A stretch of DNA of 64,000 bases from Chaetodon trifascialis (GCF_039877785.1 NC_092066.1:5315152-5379151), one strand, 5' to 3'. Shown: positions 22,200 to 34,538, numbered from the stretch's first letter. The notes: generated from the letters alone by a model not told the origin. Made by a program: numbers and translations.

Positions 22200-25100
22200 A
22201 TCAAATCAAACTTTATTAATATAGCACTTTTCATACACAATAAAATGCGACACAAAGTGCTTTACAACAGTTAAAAACATTATCAAGGAAAACTTAAAAA
22301 CAGAGAAAACCCATCCCTGCCACCCACCCTCCGTATGTACATATGGACACCCACACAAACACACACACAGAGTAATGAGACAGGGGATGGCACTGAGGAT
22401 CGGGGAAAACGCCACCTTTGGGGCCATCCACACTGAGAGGAGTTGTCACAGACCATGACCACAGGCAGCACCAGCACCCAGGCCCCCCCCCCAACTCCAA
22501 CAGACAGGTGGACCCCCACACCAAGGTGGGGAGCCCCCGCCCAGCCGGGCCGAAGGGACCCGGGACCAGCACCCTCAGCAGCAGACCAGACACAACTCTC
22601 AGTGTGGAGGACCCCCCCTGAGGAAACAGGAAACACTGCAGTTAAAAGTAAAAGGCATGATATAAGACAACTAAAATAAATTAGACAGTTAAAGGAAGAA
22701 AAATACATAAGATAATAAAGTAGATTAAATAGGATGAAATACTATAGAATATATAACCGCAAAATAAAAGGCATCAACAAAAGATAAATGATAAGAACGT
22801 AAGAGAATGTAAAGGTCAGTTAAAAGCCTGATTAAAAAGGTGCGTCTTTAACCTTCTTTTAAAAATATGAACAGTCTCTGAAGACCTGAGGCTCTCCAGC
22901 AGGCTGTTCCACAGGTATGTGGCATAGTGGCTAAATGCCGCCTCACCGTGGGTTTTAGTTCTGGCTTTTGGTATGAATAAAAGGCTGGTGCCGGAGGACC
23001 TCAGGGTCCAAGAGGGTTGATACGGTAAAAGCAGGTCAGATAAGTAAGGGGGCGCAAGGCCGTTGAGACATTCAAAAACTAGTAAAAGAACCTTAAAATC
23101 GATCCTGAAGCAGACAGGGAGCCAATGCAGCAACTGTAAAACGGGTGTAATGTGGGCCCACCCTCTGGTCTTCATCAGCACAGGTGCGGCTGAGTTTTGA
23201 AGTAACTGGAGGTTTGAAATACTCTTTTTAAGAAGACCAGAGAGCAGGGCATTACAGTAATCTAGACGACAGGAAATAAAAGCATGCATTAGCACCTCTG
23301 TGCTGGCCTGAGAGAGAAACGGGCAGACTCTGTTCTATGTTCTTAAGATGATAAAAGCCTATTTTTGCTATATTTTTGATATGTGGGATAAAAGTCAGCT
23401 CAGAGTCAAAAATCACGCCCAGGTTTTTTACAGATTGTGTTGGTTTAAAATATTGTAATTTTAGTAAAAGTTTCTCCGTCTGGCCTTCAGGACCTATAAC
23501 TAAAACCTCTGTTTTGTCCTGGTTGAGCTGTAGGAAATTCCTTGCCATCCATGACTTGATATCTAAAATGCAGTTAAAAAGGGTATCTATTGGCCCTGTG
23601 TCATCAGGAGACACGGCAATGTACAGTTGCGTATCATCAGCGTAGCTATGGAATCTGATGCCGTGTCTCCTGATGACGTCTCCAAGAGGAAGCATGTAAA
23701 GATTAAAAAGAATTGGAACCTAAAATTGAGCCTTGGGGAACCCCACACCTAATTTATGGGTTCCTGAGGAACAAGTATCCATACTTACATAAAAACATTG
23801 CTCTGTGAGATAAGAGTGGAACCAGTGAAAAACAGTACCAGAGAGGCCAACCAGGTGTCTGAGTCTATTCAATAAAATGTGATGGTCTACTGTATCAAAG
23901 GCCGCGCTTAGATCCAGTAGAACCAAGACTGTGAGTTTCTTGTTATCTAAATTCCATCTGATGTCGTTTAAAATCTTTAAAAGTGCTGTCTCGGTACTGT
24001 GGTTCATCATAAAACCAGACTGATGTTTCTCTAAAATGTTGTTTCTGTTTAAAAAGTCATTGACCAGTTTTTCTAGACTTTTACTTAAAAAGGGTAAGTT
24101 GGATACAGGTCGGTAATTATTAAAAACGTTGGGGTTTAAAGTGCTCTTCTTCAGAAGGGGATTCACCACAGCTGTTTTAAAGGCAGTGGGGAAGACGCCT
24201 GTCTGAAGAGAGCAATTCATAATGTTTAAAAGCTGTTCCTCAAAGAATCCATAAAATGATTTTAAAAGTGATGTCGGAATTGGATCTAAAAGGCAGGTTG
24301 TTGGGTTTACTTGTGAGAAAACTTGGCCAAATGTCCTCGCATCAACCAGGGCAAAACTCTCCAGTGTTTCCTCAGGCAAGGACAACAATTCAGCTGTAAC
24401 AGATAAAACTTGTTGGCATAAAAGGCTGGATCTGATGTCCTTGATTTTGGTTCTGAAGTGGTCTGCAGTTCTCACAAAGAGCATTAGATGGCATGTTAGA
24501 AGCTTTATTAAAGTTTGTGCTTGTTAAAATATCAAAGGTGAAGAAGAGGAACCTGGGGTTGTTTTTGTTGTCTATGATAGGTCTTGAGAAATGAGAAATC
24601 CTTGCCTGTTTAACTGCGTTATTGTAGGATTTGAGTTGTTGCCATAAAGTCTCGAGGTGGATTGTTAATTTTGATTTCCTCTCAGCACTCCTGCAAAGTC
24701 TTTTCAGTTCATGTATTTTATGTTGTTTCTCCATAGGGGTGTAGGTTTTCTTTTTATTGTTTTGGTTAAGGGCAGCACAGTAGTGCAGCAGGTAGCGCAC
24801 GTGCCTCACAGCAAGAAGGTTGCTGGTTCGATCCCCAGGTCAGGCCTTTCTGTGTGAAGTTTGCATGTTCTCCCCGTGCAACCCCGAAAGGGATAGGCAG
24901 TAAAGAAGACGGATGAATGTTTTGGTTAAAGGTGGAGCTACTGAGTCGAGGTGTAGGTGCAGGTAAAATTTCAGCAGGAGTGCTCTGTAAAATCTCAATA
25001 AAATTTGCAGCCACTTCAAAAGTCAGGTAGCGCCTCCTCACTGTTCTCACCGGGGCCTCCCACTGGTTAAAACTGGTGATGTTAAAAAACACACAGTAGT

Positions 25101-26930
25101 GGTCAGACACAGGTAGGTCAACAACAGAGGACACACCAATGGACAGTCCATGGGTTATGACCAAGTCCAGGGTGTGTCCCCTGTTGTGAGTTGGCTGTGT
25201 GACGTGCTGCTCAAAATTTAGACAATTTAAAAGGTTTAAAAATTCTCTGGATATTGGATCCGAGGTGTCATCAACATGTAGATTAAAATCACCAGTTATT
25301 AAAATCCTGTTATAAGAGGTGTGAATAATTGATAAAAGTTCAGAGATTTCACTGATTAAAGAGATAGAGCGATGGGGTGGTCTACATACAGTGATGCACA
25401 GAATCGGAGGGCTGCTAAAAACGAAGGCGTGATGCTCAAATGATGTGAAACTGTTAAAAGACACTCCATTAAAGGTCAGTGCGTTATTTGCGATTGATGC
25501 AGTTCCACCTCCTTTTCTACCCCCCCTAGAAAATAAAAAATTAAAATTTGGTGGGGAAGCCTCAGTGAGAACAACAGGTGCACCAGTGCCAAGCCATGTC
25601 TTGGATAAAAGAAGACAGTCTAATTTATAATCTAAGATCACATCATTCATTAAAAAAGTCTTGTTTAAAAGAGAGTGCACGTTAGGCACTGCCACTGCCA
25701 GCTGCCCAGTGTACTTGGATGAAGTCTGTCATGGCGATAAAAGGAAGGGCGATTCCAGAAAAGGTTGAAATTGTCAATAAAGGCCAGGTTGTGTGAAGTG
25801 CAGGTGTGCTGGAGCCAGGTGCTCATGCTGAGGAGTCTGACGAACCACTCAGCACCGCGGGAGCGGGTCGGGATAGGTCCGCTGATGAAGACCCTCTTCC
25901 CGCATAACTCCGGGAGGCTGAAGAGATCTTTAAAATCCTTTTTTGTTAATTCAGACTGTCGCCGAGCTGTGTCGTTTGTGCCGATGTGAACGATAATCCG
26001 GGTTATGGAGGTTGGAATAGACTGGAGCAGTTCATTGAGTTTGTCTGTGATGATGGTGACAGTGGATCCGGGGAAAAAATATGTGGTGGCGTTGAAGAAG
26101 AAGAAGCTGTGAGGTGACAGTGTTACCACTGTTCCACCGTGCCACCAATGCAGGTGATCCAGAGCTGACTGGAGGAGAGGCGGTGGTGCCGGCCCCTTTA
26201 GAGGCAAACTCTCGGACAGGGCAGCGGTGAGTCCCGGAGTGTCTCCGCACTGCGTCCCTCAGGAGTCTCTGGCGTGCCGAGATGGACGGTGCCCTAGAGG
26301 AGGGCCAGGGCTGCGACTCCACACTACCGGGCACCGGCTGGGAAGAGACTAGCCCGCTTGCACGTTCACCGGCCTGCGACAGCAAGTCGAAGCTATTCTG
26401 GAGTTTGGGGGGGGCCAGGTATCATCGACCGCAGCTCTCCCTCTGCCGGACACCACCTGGGAATCTGCTGGAGGGCGGCTAGCCGTGAGTGGAGGGAAAA
26501 CTGAGGTGTCAGTCAACGGAGGCATGATATCTGTGGCTGGGAGTGAGGGAGACCCGCCATTGTTCCCACCCGGAGCCCTCTTCCGCCTGCGGACAACCAC
26601 TTCAGTCCAGGGGGTCCCTTTGTTTGGAGCGGAGCAGGCAGGTCGTTGACAGGAGGAGGATGGTTCCCAGAAAACTGTGTGCCCAAGTGCAAAGGTGGTG
26701 TTCAGTGGTGTGGGCTCACTGATCCGTGATGTGTCTAGCCAGTTGGTCAGCGTCAGGAAACAAGACCTGATGGTGGTCACCAGGCAATCCTTCCTCTGCA
26801 GCTGGTTCAACATCCGTTTCTTGTCCTTGAGAAGGTCAGTGATCTTTTTGTATGCCTTCTCTAACAGTTCTTCCACCTGTCCAGGTGAGTCAGCAGTGTC
26901 CAGTGTGGGCATGGCGGCTCACTGGTTATG
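22200..26930 (-). mobile_element. Full-length CR1/L2-superfamily LINE. ORF1 has a coiled-coil plus SGNH/GDSL-type esterase domain. ORF2 has APE endonuclease plus RT (YADD) plus the conserved C-terminal LHWLPV..FK block.
   Basis: Minus ORFs 26349..26912, 25665..26207 (IIVHIGTNDTARR), 24766..25695 (EN), 23720..24484 plus 23252..23695 (RT, HSYADDTQLY), and 22816..23295 (C-terminal block). Confidence 0.75.
24766..24900 (+). mobile_element. tRNA-derived SINE head fragment nested inside the CR1-like LINE
   Basis: ggcagcacagtagtgcagcaggtagcgcacgtgcctcacagcaagaaggttgctggttcgatcccc.. is the same SINE head as 8440-8533. It interrupts the LINE between EN and RT. Confidence 0.6.
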
Positions 26931-28539
26931 TTAATGCTAGCAGCAGACACTGGATTTTCTCAGAAATGCAGAGATTCCAAAAACAACAGGCCTCTCGGAT
27001 GATTGCTGCTCGTGCAACGTTATTCAAACCGAGAATCTTTTGCAGCTTGATGAAGTGTATCAATTTTAGATAATTTCGCTAGGACAGGCTAGTGTGTCTC
27101 TGTTCCAAGCGTCAGAGTATGTCGGCGCTTGATGATGACCTCTGACTGCGTGATGATATCTGTGAAGAGTGGACACAACAGAGGTGAGATTAACACACTG
27201 TCACAGTGAGATATAAATGATGGATGCACATCACATCGAGCAAGAGTGCTGCGTTTGGACATCTAGATTACATGGGCTGACTTGGCAAACCGAAGAGCCT
27301 GCTGAAACACAATTGACCAGTGTGAATGCTGCACTCTCATCCCAGAGATGGTGTGAAAAACGGTGCCTCAGGTGGCCAAAAATAGTTTGAAACTTCATTT
27401 GACTGCATGCACCAGGCTAAACAGTGACAAAAGCTGGAGGGGAAGCCGCTGCGAGACTCACGAGTGGATGGGATGTGCAGGCAGGAACAGTGCCTTGCTG
27501 CCCTACATTCTCCTCCTCCATCTATGCTATGCTGCTGCCAGCAGTGAGCAGGCATGTGAAGTTGTGACCCATTTCCCTACACTTGCTAGAGGCGAGCCTG
27601 GGAAACCCACCACACTAGTGTGTTTTGGCTCGCAATCTCATGCTTGCTGTCACACCACCACCATCTCTGCGTATCTGATTGTACAGCGCAGAGCAAAACT
27701 GCATTTTCACTTCCTCTGCAAACTCATGTTCCCGTTTTATGCACTCAAACGAAAAGGTGGCCGATTACTTAATGTTTTCAACTCGCATGCTGCAGTATTT
27801 GCCACTGACAGCCGCCGTCAACACGCTCTCTGACATGAAAGAGCGAGCATGTCACCACTTCCAGTTTTACGCCAGAGTTCAGCTCCACACAATGGGGTCT
27901 CTGATGATTTTAGTTGGCATGCAAGCACGGGAAAAGAAATTATCTGTTCAGGAATGCAAATTCCCCAAATACTCCATTTTAATTTCAGTGTGGGGAGATC
28001 AAGAGTTGTGCTGGGGGATAATTCGATTTAAAATTCAAGATGTGGTGTGAGTCTTTGAGTTTGTGTACCTTTGATACAGTCTAGGATATCTTTTCTCAGC
28101 CTTTAAGGCTGTTCTTGAGCTAAGTGTTAAATGCTGTCTTGTTTTAATTTACTAGTATGGCTGAGTAAAGCTAACACTGAATACCCCTCCCCGCTATTTG
28201 ACCATCTTATCCAAAGTGCTGTTATTCCCCCTGAACACGTGTCCCACGCCTGTCTGCAGTCAGCTGTCTCATGCATCAACAGTCATACCCCAAATTTCGT
28301 CACATGGTGAGTCATTGTGCCAATATTGCCAAGCTCGTCCACGATTTCCATGGAAGTTCAGCAGAAAAACTGCATGTTCCTGTATGTGAGCTGTCGTCTA
28401 AAAAAGGCAAACCATCAGCTCGCTAATGTGTCTGACGAAGAGCAGTCAGTTACTAACACTTATTTATAAGACACAAAATGATTAAAAATAAACAAATGTA
28501 AAGAAAGTAATACCGTACTGTAAATGTGGTAACTTACGG

Positions 28540-29110
28540 CCATGGCGGTTGTTAACACGGTAAAGGCCGATCCAAGCCTCTGACACCGGCCGCTGGTGTG
28601 TGCCTCGGACCCGGGCGGATCTTGCGCCGACGCTGCGGGCGGAAGAGTGCCGATTCCCGGGCAGCCGCTCGGAAAAGGTGCGGTGGGGCGTGCGGCCTGT
28701 CTCCTCTCCGGGTTGATGTTCCGCTACGACGGGGGGCTCTGGGCTCACATTTCCGTCTTCCTTGCGTTTCCCCTCGCTGTTGTTGTCGTCCACGGGTGAC
28801 GTTTAGCTAATGCTGTGGTGGTGAGCGGAGCTGCCGTCGGCGCTCGCCCCATGCTGCCCCAGGTCCGAGTCGCTGCCCTCCTCCGATCGGCTCCGGTTGG
28901 CCTCCGTGTCCTCGAAGCTCCCCGAGAAGTCCACCATGAGGCTGGTGGGCCTGGTGCATCGGGGTCGCCGATAGGAATCCCGCTTTGTGCCATCTTTTCC
29001 GAAAGCAGAGGGAACCGGGTCTTCTTGTAGGCGACTTGCTCTCGTCCCCATCTCTAGCGAGCTAGCTAATTCAGCTGGCTAGCCGAGCTGCTTCCTCGAA
29101 GCGAACCGCC
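28540..29110. promoter_or_regulatory. CpG island, a putative divergent promoter about 1.3 kb upstream of the TEP1 ATG, with a minus-strand ORF or 5' exon
   Basis: Dense CG dinucleotides. On the minus strand there is ORF MGTRASRLQEDP.., and a Kozak ATG-GCC immediately followed by gtaagt at about 28550. Confidence 0.5.
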
Positions 29111-30413
29111 ACAAAACAAGAGGACGAGTTAACCTCGAAACGACCCTTAAACTGCCAAATGTCCGTCTGGAAGCTCTAAATAATAACAAATACCAAGCAA
29201 CCTAACCCACCGAGGATATGTACGCAGTTCGACGGTCTCGCTCTGGCCTCAATTTGACCTCACTGTCCACATTTTCCTCTTTGACGTGCCCCTTCTCGCT
29301 GCTGCAGCGGAAATAGAGCGTTTTCGCTTCCTCCTTTGAGCCGCACACAAGCATTTACGGTAACGTCACAATTTCACCCGAGCAGTTTGAAATCCAAATT
29401 TGAAACCACGTTGACTTGTTTCTGTTTCTGTTGCTGTTGTTGCCTTTGATTTTGGTTACTGTTTGTCGTCCTAAGTAACTCCGCCTTCAGTCTCCTTTAT
29501 ATTTGATGGTTTGAGAGTTACAACACGTCTGTGGGTCATTACGGTAAAAAAGTACACAATAATACTGACCAATCAGAGCTCTCAATAGAGTAGCCAAGCA
29601 GCTGGTCGAATGAGGAAATTTACTGTAAAGCAGCAGCCACACTGAGCTCCCTTGAAAAGCGTCAGAAATAGATGGTAAAACTGCAGCACATTAAGCATTA
29701 ACGTTGAGCACCAGAGGACCCGTTTGTCCAGAGCCGGAGCTCCGTCCGTGGGCTTTAAATTGTGGTGTTTGCGGTGAGTTTACTGCGTCAGTTCAGGTTG
29801 TTCACAGCTAACAACCACACCTACGTTAAGTCTTGAGTCAACGCAAAAAATAGGACTACCAGGAAACAAGTGCACTGCTGTTCAATGTTGAACAATCTTT
29901 CACTTTATACTGTGTGACAGATACATCTAGCGGCTGTCTTGGCATTGTAGCTGTGATATGATTTTATTTCTGATTACATTTTGTTATGAATTGATTTAAA
30001 ACACTAAATTAAAAGCACGAAGAAAGGGCTTGCAGTTGAACAAAAAAGATCTTCACATTGATTTAATCACTTCTGTCATTTAATTTGGTGTACTGCTGTT
30101 TCGGGTTCCCTGATTTTCGTTATATTTTACTACTTTTTTGCATTATGTCTATGCATTATGGTGCTCCTGCTGCCAACTGAAACTGTGAAAAGTCTGAGCG
30201 TCTGTTTCCAGACTTTGTTCCCTTTTTATGGATGCAATGGATTCAATTGAGCAACACACCCTTAACGACAGGAGCACAATGCTTGTTTAGGCAGCGGAAA
30301 AAATGCTGCTGAACTGCTTGGCTCAATACTTAATGCTGTCCAGGATTGTGAGCTGTTGTGTTTGTGACAGAGATGTGACTTTGATGCTGTGATTGATGTG
30401 TTTCTCCACAGAA

Positions 30414-30932
30414 ATGAGGGCGCTGACTTTGCAGCAGACAAACGTGGCCCAAGGAGAGCAGCAGCAGGCCTCATGTGGGAGAAGCCTGACCTCCAACTAC
30501 GCTCCTCCGAGTCTGGAGAATAAGTTCTTGGTTCAGACCTCCACGCTGATGCCTCAGCCCTCCTCTCCGCTCTTTAACTTTCCTGCGCAACCTCCCTCTT
30601 GCCCCTCGCTTCAGCCCTCCAGCCTGTCCTCCACCTCATCCTCCCTCCTCTCCGCCTCCTCCCTCTCGCCTTCTTTCACCTCTCCTCTCCTCAGCACTGA
30701 GAACAAGCTCCTAGGTAGCCACTCGTCTCTCTCCTTTTCCCTGACCTCTGTTCCCAGTGGCTCTCTGCTCTCCACGTCCCTGGCCAGCAGTGCTCTGCTC
30801 AATCGCTTTGCTCATCCTCCTTCATTCCTACCTCATGGTCTGGGTGAAGAAGAGAAGAGGGATGATGGGGAAGCCAAAGGCAGAGAGGAAACATCCGAAG
30901 CGACACAGTCTTGTCTTGAAGAAACAAGTGTG
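30414..30932 (+). CDS. tep1: TEP1 exon 1 (coding) with ATG. Ser/Leu-rich then acidic N-terminus.
   Basis: ATG at 30414 follows ttctccacag (possible 5'UTR intron acceptor). ORF runs MRALTLQQ..EETSV. Donor GTG|gtagat is phase 0 but weak, so the 3' end is uncertain. Confidence 0.5.
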
Positions 30933-31047
30933 GTAGATGAAATGTTCTGTTACTTTGGCTGCTAATACACTCTTATTTGACAAGCATTATTTTTAGTGCA
31001 TCCCATTTTGCGGCATTACCGTTTTAATGTCATTTCCTCTGCATCAG

Positions 31048-31239
31048 ACGCTTTCTGAGGAAGATGATGGTTCGTCTGAAGAAGAGGAGGAGGAGGAGGA
31101 GGATGCTGGGGCAGCCATGGAATTAGCTGGCCTGAAAACAGAGTTGGACAGCCAGGAACTCGAGCAAGCTGTGGTGGTCAGACTGGAGGAATTCACTGAG
31201 GTTGACGATAAGATTGAAGAGGAGCTGAAAGAGAAAAAG
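31048..31239 (+). CDS. tep1: TEP1 exon 2, acidic region
   Basis: Acceptor catcag|. Peptide TLSEEDDGSSEEEEEEEEDAG..EELKEKK. Donor AAG|gtggga. 192 nt, phase 0-0. Confidence 0.65.
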
Positions 31240-31439
31240 GTGGGAAAAATATTTTATACTGTGTGCTGTGTGTACGTCAGAGAAATGTCCTCTGTTTTTG
31301 GTCCTGTCTTTGCAAGTTTAGCATGTCTTTGCAGCAATGCTACCAAATTATTTTCCTGCGTGCTTATTTTACATGTTGGTTGAAATGACCTGAAGTCCTC
31401 TGAGCTGTGAACTTAATTGTCTTTCTGTCTGTTCCTCAG

Positions 31440-31589
31440 TATCTCCTGCTTAACGCCGTGTGTTGCTCCCTGGTCAATAAGAACACACCTCCAGGCGAGA
31501 AGGACTGGGACTCAGAGAACAGCGTTTGGACCAGGATCACAAACCTGGCAAAGGACATTTCTGTCCATGACCCACAGTTTCTTCTCAAG
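31440..31589 (+). CDS. tep1: TEP1 exon 3, start of TROVE domain
   Basis: Acceptor tcctcag|. Peptide YLLLNAVCCSLVNKNTPPGEKDW..DPQFLLK. Donor AAG|gtgtgt. Confidence 0.75.
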
Positions 31590-32360
31590 GTGTGTATGTA
31601 GGTCTGTGTGGGTGGCTTGGTGTGTGCCGGGGTTGATATCTGAAGGCATTTGTATTCCAAACTGGTCTGTAGCTCCTTAACTTTCATTTTAACTTTAAAA
31701 TGGTTTGTGGACTGTTTCAACCCAACTGCGACTTCATCATGCTGTTATCACAGTCAACCGATCAAGAAGAACAATCCAGATCATTAAATCATTGCTCTTT
31801 CCTGAGTCACAAGTTTTACACCAGTTTCTTGTTATACTGGAGCTTTTCTGCTCTTTGTGAGGTGTCTCCATGTAAAGCCTCCTCAGTGTTTCTGAGGTCC
31901 ATCAGAGCACAGTTGTTAGGAATGCCATGTACCACAATGTCTTTTTACATCTGAAATTGTGGAGAAAAGTTTTGGTTTAATGCAGAAAACATCAGTGTGA
32001 TGTGCCTCTGCGTTGCCACAGAGCTTCCAGTATAATTATTAGGTGGTTAACTGTCAGTTTTTGATCTGTATTGTCATGAAGAACCAAGTTTTCACTTTAT
32101 TTTTTCATTTGCAACATGTTTTATCCATCATGTGATGTGCCTTTTTTACCCACTCATTCACAATAAGATGATGTTCTCTGAACACAGCTGATAGCTGTAT
32201 TGGCTTCTTTTTTGCCAGAGTACAATTCATTTTCTGATCAGTTACTGAAACATGACCATCTTTAGTTGGCAAAAATAATCAAAGCACACAGACAGTACAC
32301 GTTATGACATGATTTCTGTCAGTAACAAACAGTGTGTTTGTTCTTTTCTTTACCATTCAG

Positions 32361-32525
32361 GTGGCAGTTTACACTCGACAGCAGTTGAACATCCGCATCA
32401 CAGCAAACTTTTTACTGGCGCTGGCTGCCAACCAGCCCTCCACCAAACCACATGTCCGCAGATACTTCTGCACCGCTGTGCAGCTGCCCTCTGATTGGCT
32501 GGAAGTCGTCAGAATCTATAGCACA
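32361..32525 (+). CDS. tep1: TEP1 exon 4, TROVE
   Basis: Acceptor ccattcag|. Peptide VAVYTRQQLNIRITANFLLALAANQPSTKPHVRRYFCTAVQLPSDWLEVVRIYST. Donor ACA|gtaagt. Strong match to human TEP1 TROVE. Confidence 0.8.
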
Positions 32526-32605
32526 GTAAGTCTCTGCGAACATCTGCTGCCCGGTGGAGTCTGGATGTATCTGTCCAGTCTTAACCGTGTTTTTTCTGTT
32601 TCAAG

Positions 32606-32737
32606 TGTTTCAGCCACTCCCTGCCAATGTGCCTGAAGAAGGCAATGGCTGACAAGTTCAAGCAGTTCAACGAGTATCAGCTGGCAAAATACAACACACG
32701 CAAACACCGCTGCAAACACAGCTGCAACAGGCGCAAG
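32606..32737 (+). CDS. tep1: TEP1 exon 5, TROVE
   Basis: Acceptor tttcaag|. Peptide CFSHSLPMCLKKAMADKFKQFNEYQLAKYNTRKHR. Donor AAG|gtaggg. Confidence 0.7.
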
Positions 32738-33053
32738 GTAGGGGAGCAGGTATTTGGTTTAGTGTTAAAGTTTAGACAGTTTAGACAAAACAATCTGAAA
32801 TATTACAGTCCTGTTGTTAACAGACAGAAAACTCTTTGTCGGTATTAGAGTATTAGATCAGAGTGACTCTCGCCTTATTATTTCCACTGTGGTAAAAACA
32901 AAACCCACACACTGTTAACCGCCTCGACTGAAAAAGCACCGAAACTTTGTGCGGTTTCTATTTCAGTACAACAAACTCATTTCTTGAAATGAGCACTGGG
33001 CTGTTTGTTGATCGCTCCATGCTTTGATCTGTTTACACTTTCTTTCTTTCCAG

Positions 33054-33125
33054 AAAATAAACAGTCAGCTGCTGAAAAAGTGGGCCAACTTGCTCAGATC
33101 AGATGCATCCATACTGACCAAGTTT
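33054..33125 (+). CDS. tep1: TEP1 exon 6
   Basis: Acceptor tttccag|. Peptide KINSQLLKKWANLLRSDASILTKF. Donor TTT|gtaagt. Confidence 0.65.
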
Positions 33126-33244
33126 GTAAGTGAATGCACAGTAATTTTCTCTCATGTCATTAAGTTCAAATATTATATGAAATATATGAAATATGAAATT
33201 TCGATATTTTATATTCATTGCACTTTTTCTTAAGCAGACTTGTT

Positions 33245-33246
<2 letters not shown>

Positions 33247-33284
<38 letters not shown>

Positions 33285-33302
33285 TGCGCGTGCGTGTGCG
33301 CG
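33247..33302. repeat. (GT)17 followed by a GC/GT alternating tract, ending at the exon 7 acceptor
   Basis: tgtgtg..gtgcgcgtgcgcgtgcgtgtgcgcgcag|. Confidence 0.9.
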
Positions 33303-33305
33303 CAG

Positions 33306-33430
33306 TTGCAGTTGGAGGACAAGAGAGTGGTGGTGGATAAAAAGCAGAGTGAGTTCAGCATGAAGAAGATGATCAGGAGGCTTCACATTAAAGAACCGGC
33401 TGAACACGTTATGGCCATCCTGGGAAGAAA
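33306..33430 (+). CDS. tep1: TEP1 exon 7. The acceptor lies directly downstream of a (GT)n tract.
   Basis: Acceptor gcgcgcag| (alternative ttgcag| at 33312). Peptide LQLEDKRVVVDKK..MIRRLHIKEPAEHVMAILGRK matches human LVQRLHIHKPAQHVQALLG. Donor AA|gtaagc. Confidence 0.6.
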
Positions 33431-34104
33431 GTAAGCCACACAAACACAATTTAGTTGCTCTTCAGTATTTTTCACGCAGAGCCGTCCCATAAACAACATT
33501 CACCTGCTGTGTGTCATCCAGTTTACTCCTTAACTCCCCATTTATTTGTTCATAGCACATCATGATGTAGTTACAAACACATCTAAGGACATTTTAAGTG
33601 TTTATTAATGTACAGTATCATAAATATTTTCTCCTATGAAGACATATTTAATGTAATGACAAATGTGTTAAATTATACTGTCAGGAGTTAAATTTCTGGC
33701 CAACTACATAAATTAACATCTATAAAGACCTCATATATGCTTACAGCTACATTATAGTGAGTTATAATCCAGGTATTATTGTATCTACTGCATAAAATAT
33801 CTTACAAATGCAAATTTTAGGGAAATTGCCTGTACAAGAGCTATAATCTCTTTTTACAGGCCCCTTTTTTGACCAATTTAAAGCATGTCATTTAGAAGAA
33901 ACAGAGCATTTATTGTCCTTCAGCATTTTTTTCATTTATTGTTTCGGCTATGTGAAGACAAAAATGTCGACGGAGGAGGAGAGAATAAGGAGAAAAGGGT
34001 TCGGTTGGATTCTCTGTTACAGAAGAGGCAAGCAACTGACCTCTGGACTATCTCTTGGCTTGTTCTGCTCCTGTTATAAAATGTGCTGTGTGTGTTGGTC
34101 CCAG

Positions 34105-34262
34105 GTATCCCGCTGACCTGAAGGCGTTCAGCCGCAGTGGACTGAAGGGCACGTGGGAAAGGGAGCGAGCCGGCCAGCGAATGAAGCTCAAAGAGCCGGA
34201 GACGTGGGAACGGCTGGTCAGTCTGGAGGGCAACAAGGCCGCCACCTGGGAGAAGCTCATAG
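34105..34262 (+). CDS. tep1: TEP1 exon 8, TROVE C-terminal part
   Basis: Acceptor ggtcccag|. Peptide YPADLKAFSRSGLKGTWERERAGQRMKLKEPETWERLVSLEGNKAATWEKLI. Donor G|gtctgc. Confidence 0.75.
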
Positions 34263-34428
34263 GTCTGCTGAGCACACGCAGACAGAGATTTTGTGAAAGC
34301 TGTCAAGCTGTTCCTTTCATTTATGCAGGGAAACTCAAACAATCCTTAGATTTACATATAACACACCTATAATTACACAAACATGTCCATGATCACACAT
34401 ATTAATGAATGTTGTCTCACCTGGGCAG

Positions 34429-34538
34429 ACAATAAGTCTCTTCCATTCATGGCCATGCTGAGGAACCTGAGGAACATGATCATGAAGGGCATCAGTGAGG
34501 CTCATCACAAGAAGATCCTCAGCAGGCTGACCGACAAG
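34429..34538 (+). CDS. tep1: TEP1 exon 9
   Basis: Acceptor tgggcag|. Peptide DNKSLPFMAMLRNLRNMIMKGISEAHHKKILSRLTDK. Donor AAG|gtgtga. Confidence 0.75.

Noticed and set aside
24766-24840. Possible tRNA genes (tRNA-like cloverleaf heads at 24766-24840 and on the minus strand at 8440-8533)
   Set aside because: Both are the 5' heads of a tRNA-derived SINE. At 8219-8533 the head is followed by the SINE body and a LINE-type tail, and it lacks a proper acceptor stem and terminator context.
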